Source of the DNA: an uncultured Pseudomonadota bacterium
Lineage (GTDB): Bacteria > Pseudomonadota > Alphaproteobacteria > RF32 > CAG-239
DNA: 64,000 bases
Assembly (NCBI GenBank): GCA_947054505.1
Contig: CAMRWU010000010.1
Coordinates: forward strand, 1,893 to 65,892
Direction of reading: 5' to 3'
In this document: positions 47,878 to 58,844 of the stretch, piece after piece
Layout: every line of letters starts with the position of its first letter
Numbering within the stretch: position 1 is the first letter of the stretch
The notes under the pieces: model-generated
Database searches by the model: none
What the model was told of the DNA's origin: nothing
What the model saw: the letters and a program-made list of their open reading frames with translations, nothing else
Translations under genes and position numbers: made by a program

Positions 47878-49017
47878 ATGTATAAGTTTTATGAGACAAG
47901 TTTTAAAAGCCAAACCCCGACATTGAAAGAGAAGCTCCAGAATTTGAGTTTTTCTTATATTATGTTTATTTTGCTGTTGGCTTCCATCGGGATTTTGATG
48001 CTTTATTCCGCCGCTAACGGGAACTGGAAGCCGTGGGCTCTTAATCAAGGATTGCGTTTTGGGTTGGGTTTTGCCGTCATGATTGCTTTTGCTTTGACGG
48101 ATATTCGTATTTTTATGAGATATGCTTATTCTTTTTATTTTGTTGCCTTAATTTTGCTCATTGTGGTGGAGGTGACAGGACACATCGGCATGGGAGCTCA
48201 GCGTTGGATTAATCTGGGATTTATGAAGTTGCAACCTTCCGAGCTTATGAAAATTGCCTTGGTTTTGGCCTTGGCTCGTTATTTTCATTCAACGCCGTTG
48301 CAGACAATTGAGAGTATCAAAGGATTGATTGTTCCGGGGATGATGGTGCTCTTTCCGGCATTTTTGGTTATGACACAACCCGATTTGGGAACAGCTTTGA
48401 TGTTGGTGTTTACGGCCGGAGCAATGTTTTTTGTTGTTGGGGTGCAGTTGTGGAAGTTTGGTGTTGTTATTTTGACCGCCATTATTTGTATGCCGATAGC
48501 ATGGCATTTTTTACATGATTATCAAAAAAATCGGGTGTTGACTTTTTTGAATCCGGAAAGAGATCCGTTGGGAGCCGGTTATCATATTATTCAGTCAAAG
48601 ATTGCGCTGGGATCCGGCGGCGTATTTGGTAAGGGTTTTCTGAACGGAACGCAAAGCCATCTGAACTTTTTGCCTGAAAAACATACGGATTTTATTTTTA
48701 CGATGTTGTCTGAGGAGTTTGGACTGATTGGGGCTTCGTTTATCATTATTTTGAATTTTTTGATTATCGCCTACAGCTATTCGTTTGCTTTGAAAAGTTC
48801 AAGTTATTTCGGAAAGTTGGTTGCTATCGGTTTGGCGACAAACTTCTTTTTCTATGTGTTTATTAATACCGCCATGGTTTTAGGTTTGATTCCTGTTGTG
48901 GGTATTCCTTTGCCGTTAATTTCATATGGCGGTACCGTTATTCTGTCGGTTATGGCCGGTTTTGGAATTATTCTTTCTGTTTATATTAATCGGAATATTA
49001 ATATCGGAAAAGACTGA
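47878..49017 (+). CDS. rodA: SEDS peptidoglycan polymerase RodA
   Basis: GAQRWI, QPSELMK, QPDLGT, LPEKHTDFIF. Confidence 0.97.
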   Translation: MYKFYETSFKSQTPTLKEKLQNLSFSYIMFILLLASIGILMLYSAANGNWKPWALNQGLRFGLGFAVMIAFALTDIRIFMRYAYSFYFVALILLIVVEVTGHIGMGAQRWINLGFMKLQPSELMKIALVLALARYFHSTPLQTIESIKGLIVPGMMVLFPAFLVMTQPDLGTALMLVFTAGAMFFVVGVQLWKFGVVILTAIICMPIAWHFLHDYQKNRVLTFLNPERDPLGAGYHIIQSKIALGSGGVFGKGFLNGTQSHLNFLPEKHTDFIFTMLSEEFGLIGASFIIILNFLIIAYSYSFALKSSSYFGKLVAIGLATNFFFYVFINTAMVLGLIPVVGIPLPLISYGGTVILSVMAGFGIILSVYINRNINIGKD

Positions 49018-49065
49018 TTTGTCGTCATGAAAAAAAGAACCTCATGTTTTGCATGAGGCTTTTTT

Positions 49066-50034
49066 TTATTCGTTGATGGTTTCTTGAAGCGTTTCGGTTA
49101 TTGATGTTTCAGGCGTTTCTTCGGATATGCTTTCCGGTGCTGGAGCGGCGGTTTTGCTCAGCGGGAAAATCTGAACGCCGTTATTTGACTGTTTGCGGCC
49201 GGCAGATGGTGTGGGGTTGCGTGTGAACCCTGCGGCTTGTCCGGCGGCCGATGTTTTGGTCGGTGCGGCTTTTTGACGCCCTTGAAGGCTGGGGGCCAAA
49301 GGATAGGCGTTTTTCGGTAAGCGCATAATCATATAGCCGTTACCACCGCCGTGAGCCGGTCCGGATAAGCCGATGGAATAAAAGCCGCCGATGTAACCAT
49401 AGTCCAAATCAATATAGTCGATGGCAAAAACGGTTTTGACGGTTGTTTGACCGATGGCGGTCATTTTACAGGTATAACCGGCATCTTCCAAAAGGACGTG
49501 ATTGATGTTTTTGGCAAACAGAATCGACTGAGACGGAGTACAATCCGGAGACTGTCCGCCATAGGTCAGATTGTAGTTCAAAATCAGGTTGATTTTATTT
49601 GCTTGTTTGCCGATAATCACATCCGTGATTTTGACGTGGTCAATATAAGCATTGGTCGGCGTTATACCTGCGGTAATGGGTAGTGTAATATAATTTTCAA
49701 GGCAGGTATGTGATGCCGGATCAGCCTGACAGATAAGTGCTTTTTGATAATTGTTGTTGTCAAAAAGGTGTAAAAGGCTGTTGTAAACGTATTCTCTGGA
49801 CATTGTCAATTTTGCCGGTGCGCATTGGTGAGAGCGACAAACGATAATGGCTCCCGGATTGCGCAATTCGGCAGGACGCATGGACGCTCCCAGTTTTGCA
49901 TATTCAACACTGCTCGGCTCAAAAGGATTGGTCATAAATTCTTTCGGGGTTCTGGTGCGGAAATATTCGCAACCACCCAAAAGCATTGCTGTCGATAGGA
50001 AAAGAATGTTTTTTGAAAATTTGTTTAAACGCAT
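49066..50034 (-). CDS. Lipoprotein of unknown function
   Basis: Lipobox LLGG-C; Cys-containing globular domain; low-complexity A/P/T/E tail; shares a bidirectional terminator (49030-49067) with rodA. Confidence 0.8.
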   Translation of the reverse strand: MRLNKFSKNILFLSTAMLLGGCEYFRTRTPKEFMTNPFEPSSVEYAKLGASMRPAELRNPGAIIVCRSHQCAPAKLTMSREYVYNSLLHLFDNNNYQKALICQADPASHTCLENYITLPITAGITPTNAYIDHVKITDVIIGKQANKINLILNYNLTYGGQSPDCTPSQSILFAKNINHVLLEDAGYTCKMTAIGQTTVKTVFAIDYIDLDYGYIGGFYSIGLSGPAHGGGNGYMIMRLPKNAYPLAPSLQGRQKAAPTKTSAAGQAAGFTRNPTPSAGRKQSNNGVQIFPLSKTAAPAPESISEETPETSITETLQETINE

Positions 50035-50184
50035 TGCTAAGCCTTATTGTCATAAATTATGCCTTATCTTAGGACAAAGATTATGAAAAACCAAAAGTTT
50101 TTTACAGTTTATTCAATGGATTTTGTGTTTATTCTTGCAATAAGTCGCTAAAAGGACTCTAATGAGGGGTATGGAGAAGGGGAG

Positions 50185-50670
50185 ATGCGTTTTTTGTTGG
50201 TGATTGCGGCGCTTTTGTTTTTTGTTGATGCGGCAGAAGCGCAGATAAAAATTGTTGATGGTGACAGCCTGTTTATCGGCAATCGCGAAATCAGATTATC
50301 GGGAATTGATGCGCCGGAATACAAGCAGGAATGTTTTGACGCGTCCGATGTTGCTTATCCGTGCGGGAAAAAGGCTTTGTCGGCATTAAAGGCTCTGGTG
50401 AAAGATGATTTGGAATGCAAAACGTTAACGACAGATCGGTATAATCGAGATGTGGCGGTTTGTTATTCCGGCGGTAAGAATATTAACCGTCAAATGGTTT
50501 TGCAGGGGTGGGCCGTGGCATATGATCGTTATACCCATGCCTATGACAAAGCACAAAGTAAGGCCAAGAAACAAAAACGCGGTATTTGGCAAGGGCGGTT
50601 TATGAAACCGGAATTATATCGTGCGTTGATGAGGCGGGATAAAAAGTCGGCGCGGCTTAAGAAAAATTAA
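50185..50670 (+). CDS. Thermonuclease (SNase-like) family exported protein
   Basis: DGDSL, IRLSGIDAPE, DRYNRDVA, GWAVAY, RGIWQG. Confidence 0.92.
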   Translation: MRFLLVIAALLFFVDAAEAQIKIVDGDSLFIGNREIRLSGIDAPEYKQECFDASDVAYPCGKKALSALKALVKDDLECKTLTTDRYNRDVAVCYSGGKNINRQMVLQGWAVAYDRYTHAYDKAQSKAKKQKRGIWQGRFMKPELYRALMRRDKKSARLKKN

Positions 50671-50689
50671 TTATTTGTAGAGATTCTTG

Positions 50690-50717
50690 TTGACAGCGCT
50701 AAAAACTTATGTATATT
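50690..50717 (+). promoter_or_regulatory. rplU-rpmA promoter
   Basis: TTGACA, 16 bp, TATATT. Confidence 0.75.
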
Positions 50718-50760
50718 GCAAGCAACGTTTTATGTTTAAATGAAATATAAAGGTGAAAAA

Positions 50761-51063
50761 ATGTACGCAGTAATTAAAACCGGCGGAAAACAATACAGAG
50801 TAGCATCTGGTGATGTTCTTAAAATTGAAAAAATTGCCGGCGAAGAAGGTAAAGAAGTTGTATTCAACGAAGTTTTGGCTTTGGGTGATACTGTCGGTAC
50901 TCCGTTGGTTGCCGGCGCTAGTGTTAAAGCGACTGTTCTGAAACAGGCTCGTGACGCTAAAGTTATCGTTTTCAAAAAGAAAAGAAGACAAAATTATCGT
51001 CGTAAAAACGGTCACAGACAATCAATCACATTAGTAAAAATTACTGATGTTTGTGGCAAATAA
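50761..51063 (+). CDS. rplU: 50S ribosomal protein L21
   Basis: MYAVIKTGGKQYRV, FKKKRRQNYRRKNGHRQ. Confidence 0.99.
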   Translation: MYAVIKTGGKQYRVASGDVLKIEKIAGEEGKEVVFNEVLALGDTVGTPLVAGASVKATVLKQARDAKVIVFKKKRRQNYRRKNGHRQSITLVKITDVCGK

Positions 51064-51085
51064 CAGAGTTTAAGGAGAATAAGTC

Positions 51086-51337
51086 ATGGCACATAAGAAA
51101 TCAGGCGGTAGCTCCAATAACGGACGCGATTCCATCGGACGCCGTTTAGGTTTGAAAAAATCTGGTGGACAGAGCGTTATTCCGGGAAACATTATCATCC
51201 GTCAACGTGGTACTCAGTATCATCCGGGGGCTAATGTCGGAATGGGCAAAGACCACACAATCTTCGCTGTTGCTGAAGGTAAGGTTCAATTTTCTAAACG
51301 GGCTGGCCGGACAATCGTTTCGGTTGTTGCTGAGTAA
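51086..51337 (+). CDS. rpmA: 50S ribosomal protein L27
   Basis: [27 protein letters not shown]. Confidence 0.99.
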   Translation: MAHKKSGGSSNNGRDSIGRRLGLKKSGGQSVIPGNIIIRQRGTQYHPGANVGMGKDHTIFAVAEGKVQFSKRAGRTIVSVVAE

Positions 51338-51434
51338 TCCCGCAAAGAAAAAATCGAAGTTTGAAGGGGGTGTTGTGGCATCCCCTTTACTTTTCGATAA
51401 AACAGATTAAGTTTGAATTAGAAACATCTTTTGA

Positions 51435-52505
<1,071 letters not shown>

Positions 52506-52519
52506 ACAGGAGTGATAAA

Positions 52520-52891
52520 GTGGCTGAGAAAACAGTGGTCAAAAAAGATATCGCGGAACAAATTTTGGATATTATCAGTACGTCATTGGAAGACGGCAAG
52601 GCTAATGATATCGTTATTATGGATTTGCAGGGAAAGACATCTATTGCCAATTATATGGTGGTGGCCAGCGGAACATCGCAACGCCATGTCGCGTCATTGG
52701 CCGAACAGATTGAAATGAAGTTGAAAGCCGCCGGCTATAAGTCGGTTGTTGAGGGGGCGGAAAAGGCTGATTGGGTATTGATAGATGCGTTTGATGTGAT
52801 TGTGCATATTTTTAAGCCGGAAGTACGCGAATTTTATTCTATTGAAAAAATGTGGTCGGCGTTGGCTGAAGTTCGTCAAAGCGGCAAGTAA
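52520..52891 (+). CDS. rsfS: Ribosome silencing factor RsfS (Iojap)
   Basis: YMVVASGTSQRHV, DWVLIDAFDVIVHIF, REFYSIEKMW; GTG start after AGGAG. Confidence 0.95.
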   Translation: MAEKTVVKKDIAEQILDIISTSLEDGKANDIVIMDLQGKTSIANYMVVASGTSQRHVASLAEQIEMKLKAAGYKSVVEGAEKADWVLIDAFDVIVHIFKPEVREFYSIEKMWSALAEVRQSGK

Positions 52892-52927
52892 AATAAACCC
52901 CGTTTCTTTGGAAACGGGGTTTATTTT
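52891..52927. terminator. Bidirectional terminator
   Basis: AAATAAACCCCGTTTC-TTTG-GAAACGGGGTTTATTT perfect stem. Confidence 0.9.
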
Positions 52928-52939
52928 ACTCTATGGTAT

Positions 52940-53269
52940 TCATAAGGCCTTTTTTCTAAACGGGCATTTTTTGATGTCGGTTTGATAAACTTCTTGTTCT
53001 CCGATAAATACGATATAGGTATTGCGGAAAACAAAGGCTTTTTTGGCACTGTTTTTGTTTGTTCCCAGCCACATTGTTTCGATGTCTTGCGTTGATACAT
53101 GTTGAGGTGCAAGTGTTTGTGCACACAGATAAAGCGCGCAAAAGTGCATCAGGTCAGCAGGGGCTTTTGCCGGTTTGGAAAGGTTGCCAATCAAGGAAAG
53201 AAAAAGCGGTTTTTTTCCGTGTTGCGAAAGCTGTAGTTTGTTTAGCAGTTTTTTTAGAAGATATTTCAT
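52940..53269 (-). CDS. Hypothetical protein (109 aa, orphan-like)
   Basis: Own minus-strand promoter TTGACA (53324-29), 17 bp, TAAATT (53301-06) right after the rlmH stop; ends at the bidirectional terminator. Confidence 0.55.
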   Translation of the reverse strand: MKYLLKKLLNKLQLSQHGKKPLFLSLIGNLSKPAKAPADLMHFCALYLCAQTLAPQHVSTQDIETMWLGTNKNSAKKAFVFRNTYIVFIGEQEVYQTDIKKCPFRKKAL

Positions 53270-53331
53270 AATAATTGTTATAACATTTACTTTGTGTGCT
53301 AATTTAGCGGGATTGTTAGAAATTGTCAACT

Positions 53332-53772
53332 CTATTCGCGGTGGTAAGGGTGACCGCTGATAATGGTTTGCAGGCGATAAATCTGTTCACTGAGAACGGC
53401 TCTCATCAGCATGTGGGGAAGCGTTAATTTTCCAAAAGAAAGGATTAAATCGGCTTTGTCTCTGGTGCTTTGCAGGTGACCGTCGGCTCCGCCAATCAGA
53501 AAGCATATTTCTGAGCAACCGTTAAGTTGCCAGTTTTTGATTTTATCGGCCAGTTCAAGCGATTTTAAGTTATCGCCCCTTTCATCCAAAACGATAACTT
53601 TGGCATTGTGGGGAATCGATGATTGAAGGAATTTTGCTTCATCATCTTGTGATGAATTGTCTTTTTCTTTGATAATAATGTCCCAAGATGAGCGTTTGGC
53701 GTATTCGTTGATGATTGCCGCTTCGGGAGAGTTTTTTTTACATTTTCCGATGGCCAGAATTGTTACTTTCAT
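53332..53772 (-). CDS. rlmH: 23S rRNA (pseudouridine1915-N3)-methyltransferase
   Basis: LDERG, FLIGGADG, SFGKLTLPH, EQIYR, GHPYHRE. Confidence 0.97.
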   Translation of the reverse strand: MKVTILAIGKCKKNSPEAAIINEYAKRSSWDIIIKEKDNSSQDDEAKFLQSSIPHNAKVIVLDERGDNLKSLELADKIKNWQLNGCSEICFLIGGADGHLQSTRDKADLILSFGKLTLPHMLMRAVLSEQIYRLQTIISGHPYHRE

Positions 53773-53780
53773 GAGAGCTC

Positions 53781-54836
53781 CTATGGCAGATATACGGTTT
53801 GTCCGAAAACATTTTGCAAGAAAAACAGTGAAATGTAACAGATTATGGCCGCGATAATCGGCGTGCTTATCCAGCTGACAATGATTTTGCCGATAAGTGT
53901 CCAATTGAGACTGTGTCCGCCTTTGGCGAGGCCAATTCCCATAACGGCACCGATAACGGCTTGGGAGCTGGAAACAGGAACCAGAGGCAAGGCCGGCAGG
54001 TTATATGACAGTAAGATGTTGCGTAATCCCTGAGATGCAAAAAGGAACAATACCAAGGATTGAGAAACTACGACAACCCAAGCAATAAGAGGGGACATTT
54101 TCATCAGATTGTTGCCAACGGTATTCATGATTTTTTGAGAATAAGTTATAACGCCGACACCAATAGCAATACCGCCGATGAGGAATAAAACTTGGGTGGA
54201 AGACAGATGAAAACCCCAAGGAAGATTGGCTTCTTTCAGAGGGCTGGAAGGCACAAATACGCCCATAACATTGGCGATGTTGTTGGCTCCGAGGGCGTAG
54301 GCTCCGAAAGCGCCGGCAAGGATTAGTCCGATGCGTGTGTAGCAATCTTGCCTGATGAGGTGCATTCTGGATTTGCGAAGAATTTTTTTGATGCTCCAGT
54401 AAAGGAAAACAGAGATGGTACCAGAGAGAATCGGGCAGAAAACCCAAGTGCTGACAATTTGAGTAACAAGAGATAAATCTGTGGGTTTGGAGGCAAAGAA
54501 GTTCCAGCCGATAATCGCACCGACAATTGCTTGTGATGTGGAGGTCGGGATGGACGAGCGAACAATCCAAAAGATTGTTAATGCTGCGGCCAAGGCTGAC
54601 ATGAAAGCTCCGGGGAGGGTGTTGATGCTTCCCAATTCGCCCAGTGTTTGAGAAGCCCCTGAACCGGCATGAACCGCACCGATGATGATAAAAATTGCGG
54701 CGATGGTTGCTGCGGTTTTGAATTTGACCATTTTGGTGCCTACAGCGGTTCCGAAAATGTTGGAAGCATCATTGGCACCCAGTGACCAACCAAGAAACAA
54801 TCCCGAACTTAAGAACAGAAAAAATGTTAAATCCAT
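53781..54836 (-). CDS. Inorganic phosphate transporter (PiT family)
   Basis: Duplicated GANDAS/GANNIAN signatures, PTSTSQAIVG, PVSSSQ. Confidence 0.93.
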   Translation of the reverse strand: MDLTFFLFLSSGLFLGWSLGANDASNIFGTAVGTKMVKFKTAATIAAIFIIIGAVHAGSGASQTLGELGSINTLPGAFMSALAAALTIFWIVRSSIPTSTSQAIVGAIIGWNFFASKPTDLSLVTQIVSTWVFCPILSGTISVFLYWSIKKILRKSRMHLIRQDCYTRIGLILAGAFGAYALGANNIANVMGVFVPSSPLKEANLPWGFHLSSTQVLFLIGGIAIGVGVITYSQKIMNTVGNNLMKMSPLIAWVVVVSQSLVLFLFASQGLRNILLSYNLPALPLVPVSSSQAVIGAVMGIGLAKGGHSLNWTLIGKIIVSWISTPIIAAIICYISLFFLQNVFGQTVYLP

Positions 54837-55495
54837 CAGATATCCCGTTTGATTGTGAAAATTAGAAGTTCGTCAATAAAGTCTTCGGCGATATCGGCGA
54901 TGTCTGCGATATCGTTAATAAAATCACTAAGTTGCAGTTTGTTGGCCAAAGGGAGATCCGAATCGAAAATCGCTTCACGCAGGTGACCTGCACTCAAGTC
55001 AGATTCATGTTCAATAAAGTAGACTTTTTGTGAGTAGTCTCTGACGGAGCTTAGGTCTCTGAAGAAAGCGCGTGAAGCCTTGGCCATATTTTCGGCACAT
55101 TCGGCAGAAAGGTCGCACAGTTCGTTAATGCGCATATGATATTCAGAAGTTATTTCCGGACGCTCAATATAAAATTTATAAGAAACTTCATCAAATTTGT
55201 TGATGACTTTGTCCAGATTTTCAACCAAATGCAATACATCCGCTCTCAGGTCGGGAATCAGGTTTTGGGAATAGAGGTTGTTTTCAATATCTCGGCGCAG
55301 GTTGTCAGCGTCATGTTCAATCTGTTTGATTTGTTTGGACAATTGTCGGTATTCGGTACTGCGCTGTTCGGCAAGATAAACACGGACGGCTTTTTTGAAG
55401 GTCATCGCCGCATCAAGCAGTTTGTCGTGAAACAGGTCAATTTTGTTTTCCAGAGCTTTGGTTTGGGAGAAAAGAGATATATTGATATGAAACAT
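54836..55495 (-). CDS. DUF47 / PhoU-like phosphate transport regulator
   Basis: EHDAD..RR and EHESD helical repeats; coupled to the PiT gene by a TGATG overlap. Confidence 0.9.
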   Translation of the reverse strand: MFHINISLFSQTKALENKIDLFHDKLLDAAMTFKKAVRVYLAEQRSTEYRQLSKQIKQIEHDADNLRRDIENNLYSQNLIPDLRADVLHLVENLDKVINKFDEVSYKFYIERPEITSEYHMRINELCDLSAECAENMAKASRAFFRDLSSVRDYSQKVYFIEHESDLSAGHLREAIFDSDLPLANKLQLSDFINDIADIADIAEDFIDELLIFTIKRDI

Positions 55496-55661
55496 AATCC
55501 ATTCCTTTACGCTTAACTTTAAAGGACATTATAGCGGGGAAATTATGAAAAAATCATTTATTCTTTTTATGTTTATTCAATAATAAATATAATTTTAGGC
55601 TTGTAAATCTAGAACAGATTGTCTAGATTATATCTGTTTATTATAAATCATTACTCGAGGA

Positions 55662-56390
55662 ATGTATAAGATGAATAAAATTAATGCTGTTTATACTTCA
55701 TTGGTAGCTTTGGTTGTTGCTGTTATCGCTTTGGTTATGTGCCTTGTTTGCTGCAACAAAAAATCAGCCAATGTTGAAGAAGTTTTGAATGAAAAACCTG
55801 AATTGGTTATTAATGCTATGCAGAATTATGAGCAGAAAATGAGAGAAGATGCTCAGAAAAAAGCTCAGCAGATGATTGAAGAAAATAGTGAAGCTTTGAA
55901 CAATAATCCGAATGACGGTGTTATTGCCAATCCGGATGGTAAGATTGTTTTGGTTGAATTTTTTGACTTCTCTTGCGGTTATTGCCACAGAATTTATCCG
56001 GCTATCAAAGCTATTGCCGCTAAGAATCCGGATGTTAAAGTTGTTGCAAAATCTTTGACTTTTGTTTCTCCGGTTTCTTCTTATGCGGCTAAAGCTGCTT
56101 TGGCTGCTAAGAATCAGGGCAAATATGCTGAAATGTATACAGCTATGTTTGAAAACAAAGGGCCGTTGACAGAAGCTAAGATTGATGAATTGGCTGTTGC
56201 TAACGGTTTGGATTTGGAAAAATTGAAAGCTGACATGAATTCTGATTTGGTTAAAAATACTTTGAACGAAACTTCAGAATTGGCTGGAAAAATCCAAGTT
56301 AACGGCGTTCCGACATTGGTTTTGAACGGCAAGGTTGTTCAAACTTTGGATGAAGCTGTTATTCAAAAAGAAATCGACGCCGCAAAATAG
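55662..56390 (+). CDS. DsbA-family (ScsC/Com1-like) thiol-disulfide oxidoreductase
   Basis: EFFDFSCGYC, GVPT cis-Pro loop, N-terminal TM/coiled coil. Confidence 0.92.
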   Translation: MYKMNKINAVYTSLVALVVAVIALVMCLVCCNKKSANVEEVLNEKPELVINAMQNYEQKMREDAQKKAQQMIEENSEALNNNPNDGVIANPDGKIVLVEFFDFSCGYCHRIYPAIKAIAAKNPDVKVVAKSLTFVSPVSSYAAKAALAAKNQGKYAEMYTAMFENKGPLTEAKIDELAVANGLDLEKLKADMNSDLVKNTLNETSELAGKIQVNGVPTLVLNGKVVQTLDEAVIQKEIDAAK

Positions 56391-56475
56391 TTTTTTACGG
56401 TTTTGTCAGAAAGGGACGGTTGATGTTTCAGCCGTCCTTTTTTGTGAAACAATCTCTGGAGAAGATGTATTCAGA

Positions 56476-56504
56476 CTTGAGTTTTGGAAAGAAAAATCCT
56501 ATAT
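56476..56504 (+). promoter_or_regulatory. RpoH (sigma32)-like promoter upstream of ftsH
   Basis: CTTGAG...CCTATAT resembles the alphaproteobacterial heat-shock consensus (CTTG...CCTATNT). Confidence 0.55.
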
Positions 56505-56538
56505 ATGGTAGGTGGTTCAAATCAAAAGAGGAAACAGG

Positions 56539-58404
56539 ATGAAAACAGGGCGAAATTTACTGGTGTGGCTGTTGGCTATTGTTATTTTGTCAGGAGCGAT
56601 GAATATGCTTTCCGGCAATCCAGAAAGGGTAAATGCCGATAATTTGGCGTTTTCGGAGTTTTTAGATCATGTCGAAGGGAAAAAGGTTTCTGAGGTGACC
56701 ATCGAAGGGGCAATTATCAGCGGTACTTTTGTTGATGGAAAGCGTTTTTATACCTATGCGCCGTTTGATCCGAACATGATTGAATTGTTGCGCAAGCATG
56801 ATGTTAAGGTTACCGCTCGTCCTGAGGATACAACATCCAATACATTGTGGGGGGTGTTGATTTCGTGGTTTCCGATGATTTTGCTTATCGGAGTTTGGAT
56901 TTTCTTTATGCGTCAGGCCAATTCGGGCAACAACAAGGCGATGAGCTTTGGTAAATCGCGCGCTCGTTTGATTGAAAACACCAAAAAAGTGACTTTTAAA
57001 GATGTGGCCGGTGCTGATGAAGCTAAACAGGAATTGGAAGAAATTATTGACTTTTTGAAAGATCCTGCGAAGTTTCAGCGCTTGGGCGGTAAAATTCCGA
57101 AAGGTGTGTTGATGGTCGGACCTCCGGGAACCGGTAAGACATTGTTGGCACGTGCTGTTGCCGGTGAGGCTGACGTACCGTTCTTTTCAATCTCAGGATC
57201 TGATTTTGTTGAAATGTTTGTCGGGGTCGGTGCCAGTCGTGTTCGCGATATGTTTTCACAGGCTAAGAAAAACTCTCCGTGTTTGTTGTTTATTGACGAG
57301 ATTGATGCTGTCGGTCGTCATCGTGGTGCCGGACTGGGGGGGGGGAATGATGAGCGTGAACAGACTTTGAACCAGTTGTTGGTGGAGATGGACGGTTTTG
57401 AGGCCAATGAGAATGTTATTGTCATTGCGGCGACAAACAGGCCAGATGTTTTGGATCCGGCATTGTTGCGTCCGGGGCGTTTTGACCGTCAGGTTACAGT
57501 GACGAATCCTGATAAAAAAGGTCGTGAGGAAATTTTGAAAGTTCATGCGAAAAAAGTTCCTCTGGCAAAAGATGTTAATTTGTCCGTTATTGCTCGCGGG
57601 ACGCCGGGGTTTTCCGGTGCTGATTTAGCGAATCTGGTTAATGAAGCGGCATTGTTGGCGGCACGGAAGAACAAGCACAAAGTGACATCAAAAGATTTTG
57701 ATGAGGCTAAGGATAAGGTCTTAATGGGAAGTGAGCGTCGTTCGATGGCTATGGATGAAAAGGAAAAATTGTTGACGGCATATCATGAGGCCGGACATGC
57801 AATTTGTTCATTGTTTGTTGATGATACCGATCCGATCCATAAGGCAACAATTATTCCGAGAGGGCGTGCTTTGGGTATGGTGCAACAGCTTCCGGAAAAA
57901 GATCAATATTCATATTCTCGTTCCAAGATGCTATCCCGTTTGATTATCATGATGGGTGGGCGGGTTGCCGAAGAATTGAAGTTTGGTTATGATAAGGTTA
58001 CTTCCGGTGCCTCTTCGGATATTGCCGCGGCGACAAATTTGGCTCGTTCGATGGTTACTGAATGGGGAATGAGTGATACACTTGGTCCGGTTTTGTATGC
58101 TGAAAATTCCAGTGAGGTTTTCTTGGGAAAATCAGTAACGCAGAGCAAAAATATGAGTGAAGAGACTGCTCGTTTGGTTGATGCCGAAATTAAACGTTTG
58201 GTGACGACGGCTTATGAGCAGGCAAAGAAAATGCTAAAGGATAAACAAAATGAATGGGAAACTTTGGCGCAGTCGCTTATAGAGTATGAAACATTAACCG
58301 GAGATGAGATTAAAAAGGTTATCTGTGGTGAGAAGATTGATAAATCTGCAGAATCGCCTGTTTGTGCGGAGAAGCAGACACATTCTTCGGTTCCGGAAGT
58401 GTAG
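56539..58404 (+). CDS. ftsH: ATP-dependent zinc metalloprotease FtsH
   Basis: Two TM segments, [18 protein letters not shown] motif, HEAGH. Confidence 0.99.
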   Translation: MKTGRNLLVWLLAIVILSGAMNMLSGNPERVNADNLAFSEFLDHVEGKKVSEVTIEGAIISGTFVDGKRFYTYAPFDPNMIELLRKHDVKVTARPEDTTSNTLWGVLISWFPMILLIGVWIFFMRQANSGNNKAMSFGKSRARLIENTKKVTFKDVAGADEAKQELEEIIDFLKDPAKFQRLGGKIPKGVLMVGPPGTGKTLLARAVAGEADVPFFSISGSDFVEMFVGVGASRVRDMFSQAKKNSPCLLFIDEIDAVGRHRGAGLGGGNDEREQTLNQLLVEMDGFEANENVIVIAATNRPDVLDPALLRPGRFDRQVTVTNPDKKGREEILKVHAKKVPLAKDVNLSVIARGTPGFSGADLANLVNEAALLAARKNKHKVTSKDFDEAKDKVLMGSERRSMAMDEKEKLLTAYHEAGHAICSLFVDDTDPIHKATIIPRGRALGMVQQLPEKDQYSYSRSKMLSRLIIMMGGRVAEELKFGYDKVTSGASSDIAAATNLARSMVTEWGMSDTLGPVLYAENSSEVFLGKSVTQSKNMSEETARLVDAEIKRLVTTAYEQAKKMLKDKQNEWETLAQSLIEYETLTGDEIKKVICGEKIDKSAESPVCAEKQTHSSVPEV

Positions 58405-58477
58405 GTGTTATTTATATTGACTCCGGAGAACAGAGATGTTACAAAAGTTTTACTAAGAAACTTTAAAAAATTATTTT

Positions 58478-58756
58478 ATGAAAAATTCACTCGATTTGGT
58501 GATAGCCTTCAAGGTTAAGGAAGTCATCGCACAAAGCCTTCGGCGAAATGTGGAAGAGGTTAGTAGCGAAGCAGATGTCTTTAACGACTTATGTGACGGG
58601 GTGTTTGAAAGAGCCTTTCTTTTGCTCGATCTTGAGACGGCTTTTTCTTGCGAACTCATCGAAGATGATGTTGATCGCTGGGAGACCGTTGGAGATATCA
58701 TCAATACGATGTGTTTAATGCCTGCGGTTCGCAATTACTGTTTTGCTAACCAGTGA
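58478..58756 (+). CDS. Acyl-carrier-protein-like protein lacking the phosphopantetheine serine
   Basis: Gapless alignment by eye to E. coli AcpP over about 64 aa; the DSL motif is replaced by GVF; own promoter (58417-58445) and terminator (58759-58797). Confidence 0.7.
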   Translation: MKNSLDLVIAFKVKEVIAQSLRRNVEEVSSEADVFNDLCDGVFERAFLLLDLETAFSCELIEDDVDRWETVGDIINTMCLMPAVRNYCFANQ

Positions 58757-58809
58757 TGAAAAAACAGTCTTTACATTAAGTAAAGACTGTTTTTTTTGTG
58801 TGATACAGG

Positions 58810-58841
58810 AAAAAATCCCCCCAGTAAAGCAGGGGGGATTT
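58810..58841 (-). terminator. Terminator after the hydrogenase gene
   Basis: AAATCCCCCC/GGGGGGATTT stem with a U tract on the minus strand. Confidence 0.8.
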
Positions 58842-58844
58842 GGG

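Noticed and set aside
50185-50670. SNase-like nuclease as part of a defence or toxin system
   Set aside because: An ordinary exported thermonuclease-family gene, with no immunity or partner gene and host-like composition.
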